NCBI GenBank assembly: GCA_964442255.1
Contig: CAYTYC010000012.1
Coordinates: 1 to 41,898 of the forward strand
Direction: 5' to 3'
Origin: an uncultured archaeon
GTDB taxonomy: Archaea > Iainarchaeota > Iainarchaeia > Iainarchaeales > 1-14-0-10-31-34
Length of the DNA: 41,898 nt
Every line of letters begins with the position of its first letter. The stretch's first letter is position 1. A program made the translations under genes and the position numbers. Under the pieces are notes generated by a model that did no database searches, was not told the origin of the DNA, and was given only the letters and a program-made list of their open reading frames with translations. This document shows, piece after piece, positions 8,324 through 17,513 of the stretch.

Positions 8324-8515
8324 ATGGCTGTATTAAAATGTGATTCCTGCGGTTCAAAAGTTGAAAGCAACAGGTGCTGCGGAAAGCCGATGGACTTAAA
8401 GGGCGGAAAGCTGGTGTGCCGGGAATGCGGAAAAGAAGTTGCAGTGAACATGTGCTGCGGAAACCCAATGCACGAGCACGAGCACAAAGAAATGAAAGAA
8501 GACGACACAAAATAA
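8324..8515 (+). CDS. Small Cys-rich protein with two desulforedoxin-like CxxC...CCGxPM motifs
   Basis: CDSCG..RCCGKPM and CRECG..MCCGNPM; GGAGG SD before ATG 8324. Confidence 0.75.
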   Translation: MAVLKCDSCGSKVESNRCCGKPMDLKGGKLVCRECGKEVAVNMCCGNPMHEHEHKEMKEDDTK

Positions 8516-8532
8516 CTTTTTCTTTTATTTCC

Positions 8533-9861
8533 CTATTTTTTTAGCCAATAACCGCTTTTAAGGATTGCAAATGCAAGCATTGCTGCGGCAATAAATGAAA
8601 CAAGTGCCCCATACCAGGCCCCGTGAAGCCCTATAAGGCGGCTTAAAGCAAATGAAACTGAAAGCGATAAAGTCCACATAAACAAAATTATTCCCGCCGA
8701 AAGCCCTGTTCTCTTTGCCCCCTGAAAGCCCGCATTATAGATGAAAAGCATTCCGCTGAAACCGTAGCTTAAAGCGACAATTGAAAGGTAAACTGTCCCG
8801 ATTTCAACTACCTCTGCACTGGAGGAAAACACAGAGAAAACCTGTGCAGGGAAGGAGAGAAAGAAAACTGAAACAATTAATGAAAGAATTATTGCAATCT
8901 TTGCGGCAATTGAAATTGTTTCCTTCGCGCGTTCAATGTTCCTTGCCCCAAGGTTTTGCCCTACAACCGAAATTGTCGCGCTCGCCAAACCAATCACAGG
9001 CAAAAACGCAAGCGAATCCAGGCGCATTCCAATCCCTAATGCGGCTATTGCAAAAGTCCCGAACGCCCCCACAATGCTCATAAGCAAAACCATTCCGATT
9101 GAGGTAATGCTCTGCCCAAGGGAACTGGGCGTGCCTATTGAAATTATTCTGCGCATTATCCCGAAATCAAACCTGAAGCTTTTCGGGCAGAGCTTGATTT
9201 TGGATTTATTTGAAACCAAATACAAAATAATCAGCCCTGCACCGATTGAACGCGAAATTACCGTTGCGAGAGCCGCACCCACTATTTCCATTCTTGGAAA
9301 CCCAAACAATCCAAAGATTAGCACTGCATCCAGCGCAATGTTCAGCACAACCGCAATGAAATTGAATTTTAATGGAGTTGTGGAGTTTCCGCCTGCCTGA
9401 AGAATGCCCTGGCCAATGAATCCAATGAAAAGGAATACAAAGCCAATGAAAATCAAATCAGAGTAGGCTTTCGTTAAAGGAATCACTTCCCCAGTTGCGC
9501 CCATGAACCCGAATAATGGGGCGGAGAAACTTATTCCAAGAAAAGCGACAACCAGCCCCACGGCCAGTGCAAGCAGAAGGGAGTGTTCGGCAATGTTTCC
9601 CGCTTCCTTGATTTTTTTTGCCCCAACCGCATGGGAAACCAATGCCATTGTGCCAATGCTTAGCCCTGAGGCAAGGGCAATGAAAATAAACACCACGGGA
9701 AAGGTGATTGAAACCGCGGCCAGTTCCTCCGGCCCAAGCATTCCAATGAAGAAAGTGTCAATGATGTTGAAAGCGGTCTGCAACGCAAACCCGGCCATAA
9801 TCGGCAAGGCAAAAAGAACAAGCGTTTTTCCAATGCTTCCGGAAGTCAGGTCACGCTCCAT
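8533..9861 (-). CDS. MATE-family efflux transporter
   Basis: DLTSGSI, IDTFFIGMLG..ELAAV, internal two-fold repeat, about 12 TM. Confidence 0.93.
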   Translation of the reverse strand: MERDLTSGSIGKTLVLFALPIMAGFALQTAFNIIDTFFIGMLGPEELAAVSITFPVVFIFIALASGLSIGTMALVSHAVGAKKIKEAGNIAEHSLLLALAVGLVVAFLGISFSAPLFGFMGATGEVIPLTKAYSDLIFIGFVFLFIGFIGQGILQAGGNSTTPLKFNFIAVVLNIALDAVLIFGLFGFPRMEIVGAALATVISRSIGAGLIILYLVSNKSKIKLCPKSFRFDFGIMRRIISIGTPSSLGQSITSIGMVLLMSIVGAFGTFAIAALGIGMRLDSLAFLPVIGLASATISVVGQNLGARNIERAKETISIAAKIAIILSLIVSVFFLSFPAQVFSVFSSSAEVVEIGTVYLSIVALSYGFSGMLFIYNAGFQGAKRTGLSAGIILFMWTLSLSVSFALSRLIGLHGAWYGALVSFIAAAMLAFAILKSGYWLKK

Positions 9862-9913
9862 CTTCACTTAAATGCCCGGGAAAGTTTTTATCTGTTGCTT
9901 TTGGTTTTCTGCA

Positions 9914-10522
9914 TTACTGGATTATCCCGTATTCTGCTACATTAACATATTGCGTGTCACCTTTTCTTCCAAGGTCGGCTGACCAGGCCGTAAATCTTAT
10001 TTTGTCTCCTTTTTTTACCCCGGGAAAGACTTTTTCTGTTTTTCCATTTGTTGGGCAATCGTGGTAAATGATGTATCCGTCCTTCATTTCGTTTGGAACT
10101 TCCTGGCAACTTGCGACAGCCACAGCGCACTCTGGGCCTTCACAGTTTTCATTAACACAGCTTCCCCCCCTGAAAACTGTTCCTTGAGGGCAGTGTGCTT
10201 GAAGGCCATACTTTATTTTGGCTGGCCTTGCGCTAAAGATAAAGCGAATCTCCATTTCGTCACCCACTTGTTTGACCATTGGGTTTTCTGATATTGGGTC
10301 AATGCTGTCAATTCTTACTTTTGCCTTGTCTTGAGGGCAGATTTCACAGCCCGCTTCTCCCAGTTCGCTTAATTCAACTGAAAGAATTGTCGCCGTGACC
10401 TCTAATTTGGATGCTTCCATGATATCCATTGTTTCACCGGGTAAGCCTCCGCCGATGCATCCGCCAGCCAAAACAATTCCAAAAAATGCAATTATTCCAA
10501 AAACTGTGAAAAGCTTTTTCAT
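9914..10522 (-). CDS. Hypothetical lipoprotein with Cys-rich insert
   Basis: MKK + hydrophobic + AGGC; multiple Cys. Confidence 0.6.
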   Translation of the reverse strand: MKKLFTVFGIIAFFGIVLAGGCIGGGLPGETMDIMEASKLEVTATILSVELSELGEAGCEICPQDKAKVRIDSIDPISENPMVKQVGDEMEIRFIFSARPAKIKYGLQAHCPQGTVFRGGSCVNENCEGPECAVAVASCQEVPNEMKDGYIIYHDCPTNGKTEKVFPGVKKGDKIRFTAWSADLGRKGDTQYVNVAEYGIIQ

Positions 10523-10644
10523 GCACTATTTTAAGCTTTAACCCTTATTTAAAACTTCCCGAATCCATGGGCTAAAATATTGCAATTTCCTTATTCCTGC
10601 GGGAAAAGACTTTTAAATCCTTTACTTGATTATAGGTTTAGAAT

Positions 10645-11868
10645 TTGTTTTTAAGGAAGATGGGGGAAATGCGGGAAATTTCGCGGAGAACACGTGAATT
10701 GGGCACGGAAAACGCTTTTGCCGTGCTTGCCGAGGTTGTCGCGCTTCAAAGGCAAGGAAAAAACATTTTAAGCTTCTGCATCGGCCAGCCCGACTTTCCA
10801 ACCCCAAAAAACGTGTGCAATTGCGCGGAAAACGCCGTGGAAGAAGGAAAAACAGGTTACACCGGCTCGGCAGGAATACTTGAATTAAGGGAGGCGGTTG
10901 CAAAATCCGCTTCAAAGCTCCGCGGAGTCAAGTTTTCCGCGGACGAAGTGATTATTGCGGCAGGCGCAAAGCCCTTTATAGGGTACGCGGTTTTAAGCTG
11001 CACGGATTACGGCAAAGGCGAAGAAATAATTTACCCCAACCCGGGGTACCCGATTTACGAGTCCCAGATTGTGGCGCACGGCGCAAAGCCAGTCCCACTT
11101 CATCTCCTTGAGGAAAAGGAATTCAGGTTTGATGTTGAAGAATTAAAGGAAAAGGTTTCCGCCAAAACAAAACTGCTTGTGATAAACACCCCCCAAAACC
11201 CGACAGGAGGAATACTCAAAAAAGAGGATTTGAAGGCAATCGCTGATTTGGCGGTGGACAAGGATTTCTGGGTTTACTCGGATGAAGTTTACTCGCGCAT
11301 CACCTTTGACGCGCCCTTTGAAAGCATTTCCGCCCTGGAGGGAATGAAAGACAGAACAATCGTGGTTGACGGCGTATCAAAAACTTATTCAATGACCGGA
11401 TGGAGGATAGGCTATTCCCTGAACAGGCCGCTTGCAAAGCACTTTGAAAGGTGGGTGTGCAACACGGAAAGCTGTGCCGCGCAGCCAAGCCAGTGGGCCG
11501 CAGTGGAAGCCTTGAGCGGAGACCAGGGCGAAGTGGAAAAAATGGTTGAAACATTCAGGGAAAGGCGAACCATTATTGTTGACGGATTGAACAATATCCC
11601 CGGCTTCAAGTGCCACCTTCCGGGGGGAGCATTCTATGTTTTTCCAAATGTAACTGAGGCATGCAAAATGGTTGGCGCGGAAAACGCTGAAGAATTCCGC
11701 AAAATGCTGTTGAATGAGGCTGAAGTTGCGGTGCTTGCCGACATCCACTTCGGGCACAAAAACCCTTCACAGGGAGACTTTCTGCGCTTCAGTTACGCGG
11801 CCTCCACTGAACAAATAAGGGAAGGCCTGAAAAGAATCAATGATTTCATGGAAAAAAACCGTGGTTGA
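10645..11868 (+). CDS. Class I/II PLP-dependent (aspartate-type) aminotransferase
   Basis: IGQPDF, NTPQNPTG, SDEVY, GVSKTYSMTGWRIG; true start probably ATG 10660 or 10669. Confidence 0.93.
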   Translation: MFLRKMGEMREISRRTRELGTENAFAVLAEVVALQRQGKNILSFCIGQPDFPTPKNVCNCAENAVEEGKTGYTGSAGILELREAVAKSASKLRGVKFSADEVIIAAGAKPFIGYAVLSCTDYGKGEEIIYPNPGYPIYESQIVAHGAKPVPLHLLEEKEFRFDVEELKEKVSAKTKLLVINTPQNPTGGILKKEDLKAIADLAVDKDFWVYSDEVYSRITFDAPFESISALEGMKDRTIVVDGVSKTYSMTGWRIGYSLNRPLAKHFERWVCNTESCAAQPSQWAAVEALSGDQGEVEKMVETFRERRTIIVDGLNNIPGFKCHLPGGAFYVFPNVTEACKMVGAENAEEFRKMLLNEAEVAVLADIHFGHKNPSQGDFLRFSYAASTEQIREGLKRINDFMEKNRG

Positions 11869-11870
11869 AA

Positions 11871-13865
11871 ATGGGATTCATTGACCCAAAAACAGGAAAA
11901 GAACGAATTTATTCCGTTGAAGAAATCAAAAAAGCCACCCCGCTTATGAGGGGCCACATGCTAACAGCCTTATGCGCCGCGGGCTCAGGCCACAGCGGAG
12001 GAAGCCTCTCCGCTTTTGACTTAATGGCAGTATTGTACTTAAACAAGATGAAGCACAACCCTTCCAACCTGAAATGGGGGGACAGGGACAGGTTTTTCCT
12101 TTCCAAAGCGCATGTTGTTCCCGCGCTTTACGCCTGCCTTTCCTGGACAGGCTATTTTCCTTTTGAAGAGGTAATGAGCCTGAGAAAGCTTGGCTCAGGC
12201 TTTCAGGGCCACTGCTGCAGGCTTTCCTGCCGCGGCATTGAAATGAGCGGCGGCTCTTTGGGGCAGGGCTTGGGAATTGCGGTCGGGGACGCAATCTCTG
12301 CAAAACTTGACGGAAAAAATTACCGCGTTTACTGCATGATGGGAGACGGGGAACAGCAGGAAGGCTCAATTTGGGAGTCAGTTGAAAGCGCCTCGCACCA
12401 CAAGCTGGACAATTTAACCGCAATAGTGGACAAAAACCGCCTTCAAATAGATGGTTGGGTGAAGGATATAATGAACATTGACCCCTTAACCGAAAGATAC
12501 GGGTCCTTTGGCTGGCACGTTATAGAGATTGACGGCCACAATCACCAGGAAATTTTGGGCGCATTCAATGAAGCTGAAACCGTGAAAGGCAAACCCACGG
12601 TAATAATCGCCCACACGGTTAAGGGAAAAGGCGTCAGCTTTATGGAGGACGAGGCGGGATGGCACGGAAAGGCGCCGAACCGCGAAGAGCTTGCCTCAGC
12701 CTTAAAGGAATTGGGCGTTGAAGGAAAGGTTCCGGTTGAAGAACTTTTCAAATACGCGAAAGAATTCCAGGAAAAAGTGGACGAAAAAGTGAAAAAAGAG
12801 TTTCCCGAAGTTAAGCCCTCTTATTGGTGGAACGCTTCCGATGAAATGCAGGCGGAAATGCATCCCACGCGAAAGGGCTGGGGAAAGGCGTTGGCGGAAA
12901 TTGGCGATGATGAAAGGATTGTAACCCTGCATGCCGACATCTCCGATTCAATTACAATCACCCAGTTTGAGAAAGCAAACCCTGAAAGAAAGAACCGGGT
13001 TTTCAGCGTGGGAATTGCGGAGGCAAACATGATGCTTGTCGCGGCGGGCCTCGCAAAAGAGGGAAAAATTCCCATCACCGGAACCTACGGGGTGTTCGCT
13101 TCCGGCAGGCCGTGGGACATGCTGCGCACAACAATCTGCTACGCGAATTTGAATGTGAAAATCGGCGGAGCCCACGGAGGAATTTCAGTGGGGGCAGACG
13201 GGGCAACGCACCAGGCCCTTGAAGAAATCGCAATAATTTCAATTCTTCCGAACATGCATTTGTTTGTTCCCTGCGATGTAATTGAAACAAATAAGCTCAC
13301 CAAAAAATCCACGCTTGAAGTAAACGGGCCCTGTTATGTGAGGTTTGCAAGGGAAGCCACCCCTATTGTGACCAACGAATCTACTCCTTGTGAAGTCGGG
13401 AAAGCGAATGTGATAAGGTTCAGGGGAAAGAAAAAGAATTTCGCGGAAGCATTCCAGATAAGGCTTGCGAAGGACCACAAAAACGAAAACGAAAACTTAA
13501 CCATAATTGCCTGCGGCCCCATGGTTGCGGAGGCAATGCGGGCGGCATGGATTTTAAAGGAAGAAAAAGGAATTGAAGCAAGGGTGCTGAACATTCACAC
13601 TGTAAAGCCCATTGACAGGGAGGCAATTTTGAAGGCTGTTTCCGAAACAAAGAAAATCATCACGGCGGAAGAGCACCAGGTCGGGGGTTTCGGGAATATT
13701 GTTGCAGGCGTGATTGCTGAAGGAAAAAAGCAGGATGAAGGCTTTGAAATGCGCATGGTCGGGGTGCAGGACAGGTTCGGGGAAAGCGGACAGCCCTGGG
13801 AATTAATGAAGGCATTTGGACTGACAGCAGAACACATCGTGAAAAAAGCTGAAGAACTGCTTTGA
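11871..13865 (+). CDS. tkt: Transketolase, N- and C-terminal halves fused
   Basis: SGHSGGS, RDRFFLSKAH, GSLGQG, GDGEQQEG TPP motif, GIAEANM, DGATHQ, EEH, QDRFGESG. Confidence 0.93.
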   Translation: MGFIDPKTGKERIYSVEEIKKATPLMRGHMLTALCAAGSGHSGGSLSAFDLMAVLYLNKMKHNPSNLKWGDRDRFFLSKAHVVPALYACLSWTGYFPFEEVMSLRKLGSGFQGHCCRLSCRGIEMSGGSLGQGLGIAVGDAISAKLDGKNYRVYCMMGDGEQQEGSIWESVESASHHKLDNLTAIVDKNRLQIDGWVKDIMNIDPLTERYGSFGWHVIEIDGHNHQEILGAFNEAETVKGKPTVIIAHTVKGKGVSFMEDEAGWHGKAPNREELASALKELGVEGKVPVEELFKYAKEFQEKVDEKVKKEFPEVKPSYWWNASDEMQAEMHPTRKGWGKALAEIGDDERIVTLHADISDSITITQFEKANPERKNRVFSVGIAEANMMLVAAGLAKEGKIPITGTYGVFASGRPWDMLRTTICYANLNVKIGGAHGGISVGADGATHQALEEIAIISILPNMHLFVPCDVIETNKLTKKSTLEVNGPCYVRFAREATPIVTNESTPCEVGKANVIRFRGKKKNFAEAFQIRLAKDHKNENENLTIIACGPMVAEAMRAAWILKEEKGIEARVLNIHTVKPIDREAILKAVSETKKIITAEEHQVGGFGNIVAGVIAEGKKQDEGFEMRMVGVQDRFGESGQPWELMKAFGLTAEHIVKKAEELL

Positions 13866-15466
13866 AGGAAAAAGCTTTAATAAGACTTCAGCCTAATTTT
13901 ATTGTGTTCCCAAAGGAAAGCTCCACGGAAAAACAGGACCACTGCGGCCTTGCGGCTGTGCAATTGTTCAAGGATTCACCCAAAATTCCGGACGGAAAAG
14001 CCGCTTTCATCCTGTATAAAATGCTTTTAAGGCAGCAGCACCGCGGACAGCTTTCCGCGGGCATCACAACCTTCAACAGGAAAAGAAGCCAGCTTCTGCG
14101 CACCTACAAGAAAACAGGAATGGTTAACGAGGCCTTCCGCGCGTCCCACTCCCACAAGTTTGCGTTCAGAATGCGTTTGCTGGAAGGAGACAGGGGAATA
14201 GGGCATGTGCGGTATGCGACCTGCGGATTGGATGACGAAACATATTCGCAGCCCTTTGAAAGGGTTCACGGAAGAAACTGGAAATGGTTTTCATTCGGCT
14301 TTAACGGGCAGATCTGCAATTACCCTGACTTAAAGGAAGAGCTGGAGAAAGCCAATTATCATCTCATAAGGCAGACGGACACCGAGTTAATGATGCACAC
14401 AATCTCCAAACAGCTTGTCGGCGAAAAAAGGGTTCCCCTTAAAGAGGTTTTCGGGAAGGCAGGCAAAATATTTGACGGTGCCTACAACATTGTTTACCTT
14501 AACGCAAGGGGAGAGCTTGCCGCGGTAAGGGATCCGCTGGGATTCAAGCCGTTGTGCTATGTGAAAGAGGGGGACAGCGTTTTGGCTGCTTCGGAGAGCG
14601 TGGCTTTCCCTAAAGGCGACGAAAAAATAAAGCATGTCAAGCCCGGGGAAATGCTTTTGGCGAATGAATCCGGCTTTTCAACCCAAAAATTCGCGAAAAG
14701 CCCGCGCAAAGCCCACTGCATGTTTGAATGGGTTTACTTTGCTTCCCCCAACTCAAACATTGAAGGAAAGGTCGTCTATGACGCAAGGTTTGATTTGGGC
14801 AGGTACTTAGCCAAAAACGAGCAGGTTGAGCCCGACGAAGACAGTGTTGTCGTGCCAGTGCCGGACACCGCAAAGCCCGCAGGGGACGCTCTTGCATTCG
14901 GCCTTGGAATTCCCTCAAAGGAAGGAATTTTAAGGAACCGCTATATTGGAAGAACTTTCATTGAAGGAAAGGGCAGGGCGGAAAAGGTCCGTGAAAAATA
15001 CACGCTTGTGAAATCCATACTCAAAAACAAAAAGGTTTACCTTGTGGAGGACAGCGTTGTCCGGGGAACAACCACGAAGGGAGTGATTGACCGCATAAAA
15101 AAAGAGGGAAAGGCAAAGGAAGTGCATCTCCGCGTTTCCTGCCCGCCAATCCTTGCTCCCTGCTTTTATGGAATTGACATGAGCACTGTGCAGGAGCTGG
15201 CGGCCAGAAAATTTGTGAAAGACGTTGATGCGGGAATACGGGAAAAAGAGGAAGAAAAAATGGCGAAATCAATGGGCGTGGATTCTTTGCAGTATTTGCC
15301 CCGCGAGCTCCTCCCAAAAGCGATTGGATTGGATAAAAATGATTTGTGCATGGCTTGCCTTAACTCCAAGTACCCGACTCCTTGCGGGCGAAGGCTTTAC
15401 GGCAATGCGGTCGCAAACCTGAAAAAGGGCGTCAGCAAAAGAACCTATGAATGTGTTTCCTCATGA
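13862..15466 (+). CDS. purF: Amidophosphoribosyltransferase (Fe-S type)
   Basis: Propeptide then HCGL, QHRGQ, GHVRYAT, CMFEWVYF, VEDSVVRGTT, SCPP...PCFYGID, CMAC. Confidence 0.93.
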   Translation: MKEKALIRLQPNFIVFPKESSTEKQDHCGLAAVQLFKDSPKIPDGKAAFILYKMLLRQQHRGQLSAGITTFNRKRSQLLRTYKKTGMVNEAFRASHSHKFAFRMRLLEGDRGIGHVRYATCGLDDETYSQPFERVHGRNWKWFSFGFNGQICNYPDLKEELEKANYHLIRQTDTELMMHTISKQLVGEKRVPLKEVFGKAGKIFDGAYNIVYLNARGELAAVRDPLGFKPLCYVKEGDSVLAASESVAFPKGDEKIKHVKPGEMLLANESGFSTQKFAKSPRKAHCMFEWVYFASPNSNIEGKVVYDARFDLGRYLAKNEQVEPDEDSVVVPVPDTAKPAGDALAFGLGIPSKEGILRNRYIGRTFIEGKGRAEKVREKYTLVKSILKNKKVYLVEDSVVRGTTTKGVIDRIKKEGKAKEVHLRVSCPPILAPCFYGIDMSTVQELAARKFVKDVDAGIREKEEEKMAKSMGVDSLQYLPRELLPKAIGLDKNDLCMACLNSKYPTPCGRRLYGNAVANLKKGVSKRTYECVSS

Positions 15467-16023
15467 AGCTTTTTTTTGTGACATCCAACAAGCACAAACT
15501 GAACGAAATTCAGATGGTTTTAAGGCCTTTGGGAATTGAACTGGAGCAAAAAAACCTTTCAGTGAAAGAGCCCGAAAAATTTTCCGTTGAAGAAACCGCC
15601 TCCTCAAAGGCGGAGCAGGCCTTCAAAGAACTCAAAAAGCCTTTGATTACCGAAGACACGGGAATCTACTTCAACGCGTTAGGGGATTTTCCGGGGGCGA
15701 AGGCAAAACGCGTTTTCAGGGAGCTGGGATATGCCGGGTTGTTCAAAAAAATTGGGGGAAAAGAGCGCGGCGCCTTCTTTGAAACAGTAATCTGTTATGT
15801 GAACGCAAAAGGCGAGAAAAGGGGCTTCAGCGGAGTCTGCACGGGGACAATCACGGAAAAGGTTTTCTGCAAGGAAAAAGACGTTCTCCCCTACGAGCGA
15901 ATTTTTATCCCGCAGGGCTACAGTGAAGTGATGGCATCCATTCCCCGAGAGGAAAAAAACTCTTTCTCGCACCGAGGAAAAGCCGCCAAAAAACTCGCGG
16001 AATTCCTTGCAAACAAAACTTAA
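15463..16023 (+). CDS. rdgB: Non-canonical purine NTP pyrophosphatase (Ham1/ITPase)
   Basis: FVTSNKHK, EDTG, FPG, KNSFSHRGKA; ATGA overlap with purF. Confidence 0.92.
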   Translation: MKLFFVTSNKHKLNEIQMVLRPLGIELEQKNLSVKEPEKFSVEETASSKAEQAFKELKKPLITEDTGIYFNALGDFPGAKAKRVFRELGYAGLFKKIGGKERGAFFETVICYVNAKGEKRGFSGVCTGTITEKVFCKEKDVLPYERIFIPQGYSEVMASIPREEKNSFSHRGKAAKKLAEFLANKT

Positions 16024-16051
16024 TTAACCTTGCATACGCTAATTTATTTAG

Positions 16052-16171
16052 GCAGGCGTGCCGGAGCCAGGAAAACGGGACAGGTTTAGGCGGGGAAATC
16101 GTCATTTTGGCAGTTCTTCGGAAAGACCTGTTGGCTTAGTGCCTACGGAGGTTCAAATCCTCCCGCCTGCA
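16052..16171 (+). tRNA. trnL: tRNA-Leu(UAG) with 35-nt intron (16091-16125) at position 37/38
   Basis: GCAGGCG/CGCCTGC acceptor, ACAGG/CCTGT anticodon stem, long variable arm, GGAGG-TTCAAAT-CCTCC T arm. Confidence 0.9.
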
Positions 16172-16433
16172 AAAAGCTTTTTGGAAAACCTTGTAAATGC
16201 TCTGCGTCGTTAAAAAACCTTTCGGTTTTTTGACGCGTCGGAAACCTGCAGGTTTCCAACGTTACGAGGCCCCGCAAACCTTAAGGTTTGCAAGGAAGCT
16301 TTAGCAAAAAAGAAACCCGGGAGGATTCCCTGGTTTTCGCCAGCCTCCTTGTAAAGCGAAGCTTTACGAGGCCACGCAAAACCAACTGTTTTGCATGGTT
16401 TCCCAAAAGGCTGTTTGAATCCTCCCGCCTGCA
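16156..16433 (+). mobile_element. Palindrome-rich 246-bp insert bounded by a 16-bp duplication of the tRNA 3' end (att-like remnant)
   Basis: AATCCTCCCGCCTGCA at 16156-16171 and 16418-16433; at least six inverted repeats lie between them. Confidence 0.65.
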
Positions 16434-16690
16434 TTAAATGCGCAATAGGAATTAAGATTTGTGGGGCAGACAGGGGTTATGGGCGAAAACAAGGCAGGAA
16501 AACAGAGATTTACTAATGTTGCCTGTTTTCCAATAGAACCCCGTATTTGCCCCCTTAACCATTCGGCCTTTGAATTGTAACCAAACGCCCTGAGTTTTAT
16601 TTCAGATGCTTCATAAATGCCCTTTTTAATCCGGGCTTTGATTCGCGTTCAGTTTTGGCTGTGCTTTCGCCCCCTAAACAATACCTTTAA

Positions 16691-16717
16691 ATAGTTGATT
16701 AATCAACTATATAGTTG
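16691..16717 (+). promoter_or_regulatory. Operator-like palindrome adjoining the TATA box of the HTH-nucleotidyltransferase gene
   Basis: Perfect 20-bp ATAGTTGATTAATCAACTAT overlapping a second palindrome CAACTATATAGTTG, directly after TTTAAA. Confidence 0.7.
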
Positions 16718-16738
16718 AGGAAACAACAGTTGATTAAA

Positions 16739-17329
16739 ATGCTTAAGGATACTGAATTAAAAATATTGTCTGCCTTCTTTCCGGAAGGCACAGAAAGGAC
16801 CACAAAAGAAATAGAAGAGAGGTCAGGTTATTCCCATGAACGTGCTTACTCTACACTTAAAACATTGGAAGAAAAAAGGACATTGATAAAAAAGAAGGTG
16901 GGGAAATCCCTTGTTTATTCGATTAGGAAATTTGATGATTCGGTTTATCTTGCTTTCACTTACTACTCATTGAACAAAAAGACTGGTTTTGTAAAGAAAT
17001 ACTCTCGTGTCTGGAATGCACTTGATGAATTTATCGGCAAAACAAAGCCGGAAATGATTGTATTGTTTGGAAGCTACCCCAAAGGCGAAGCAAAGGAAAG
17101 AAGCGATGTTGATATTTTGTGTATCAATGGAAATTCAGAAACCGAGAAAATTGCTTTATCCCTAAGGCACAGACATAACCTGAAAATAGCCCCGGTTATT
17201 GTGAATAAAGGGGATTTCAGGAACATTGAGTCGGAAAATCCTGAACTGTGGGGAGAACTCATAAAATCAGGGATTGTTCTTAAAGGGCAGGAATTATTCT
17301 ATGATTTGGTTTACGGGTGGGGCAAATGA
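16739..17329 (+). CDS. wHTH plus minimal nucleotidyltransferase (MntA-like antitoxin)
   Basis: N-terminal HTH (TKEIEERSGYSHERAYSTL), LFGSYPKG...SDVDIL. Confidence 0.85.
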   Translation: MLKDTELKILSAFFPEGTERTTKEIEERSGYSHERAYSTLKTLEEKRTLIKKKVGKSLVYSIRKFDDSVYLAFTYYSLNKKTGFVKKYSRVWNALDEFIGKTKPEMIVLFGSYPKGEAKERSDVDILCINGNSETEKIALSLRHRHNLKIAPVIVNKGDFRNIESENPELWGELIKSGIVLKGQELFYDLVYGWGK

Positions 17330-17430
17330 AGAAAGGCATCAGTTGGTTCATTCAAGAAGGCTTGCTTGCGAAAACGCCGTTCATACAGAGGCTGGCTTCA
17401 AGGTTTTTCTTTATTACTTCTTCTTCATAA
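17326..17430 (+). pseudogene. 5' stub of the partner (probably HEPN toxin) gene
   Basis: ATGA coupling to the NTase stop; MKKGISWFIQEGLLAKTPFIQRLASRF then out-of-context sequence; the HEPN identity is inferred from position. Confidence 0.5.
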
Positions 17431-17513
17431 ACATATAGGGGAGTTCCGTACAATTCAGCCAGTTCCTTTGCCCTGAATTCCCCCAAATAAAGTTTGTTTT
17501 CAATCACTTTCAT
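17352..17513 (-). pseudogene. lysA: 5' fragment of diaminopimelate decarboxylase
   Basis: MKVIENKLYLGEFRAKELAELYGTPLYVYEEEVIKKN matches the LA..YGTPLYVY N-terminus; overlaps the proC stop; truncated after about 37 codons. Confidence 0.75.

Noticed and set aside
8781-15422. Numerous 60-160 aa antisense or alternate-frame ORFs within MATE, aminotransferase, tkt and purF (likewise within ileS)
   Set aside because: Fully nested in well-supported genes and show antisense-codon composition
16210-16434. 74-aa ORF in the tRNA-Leu insert
   Set aside because: Lies in the palindrome array; no integrase or other motif
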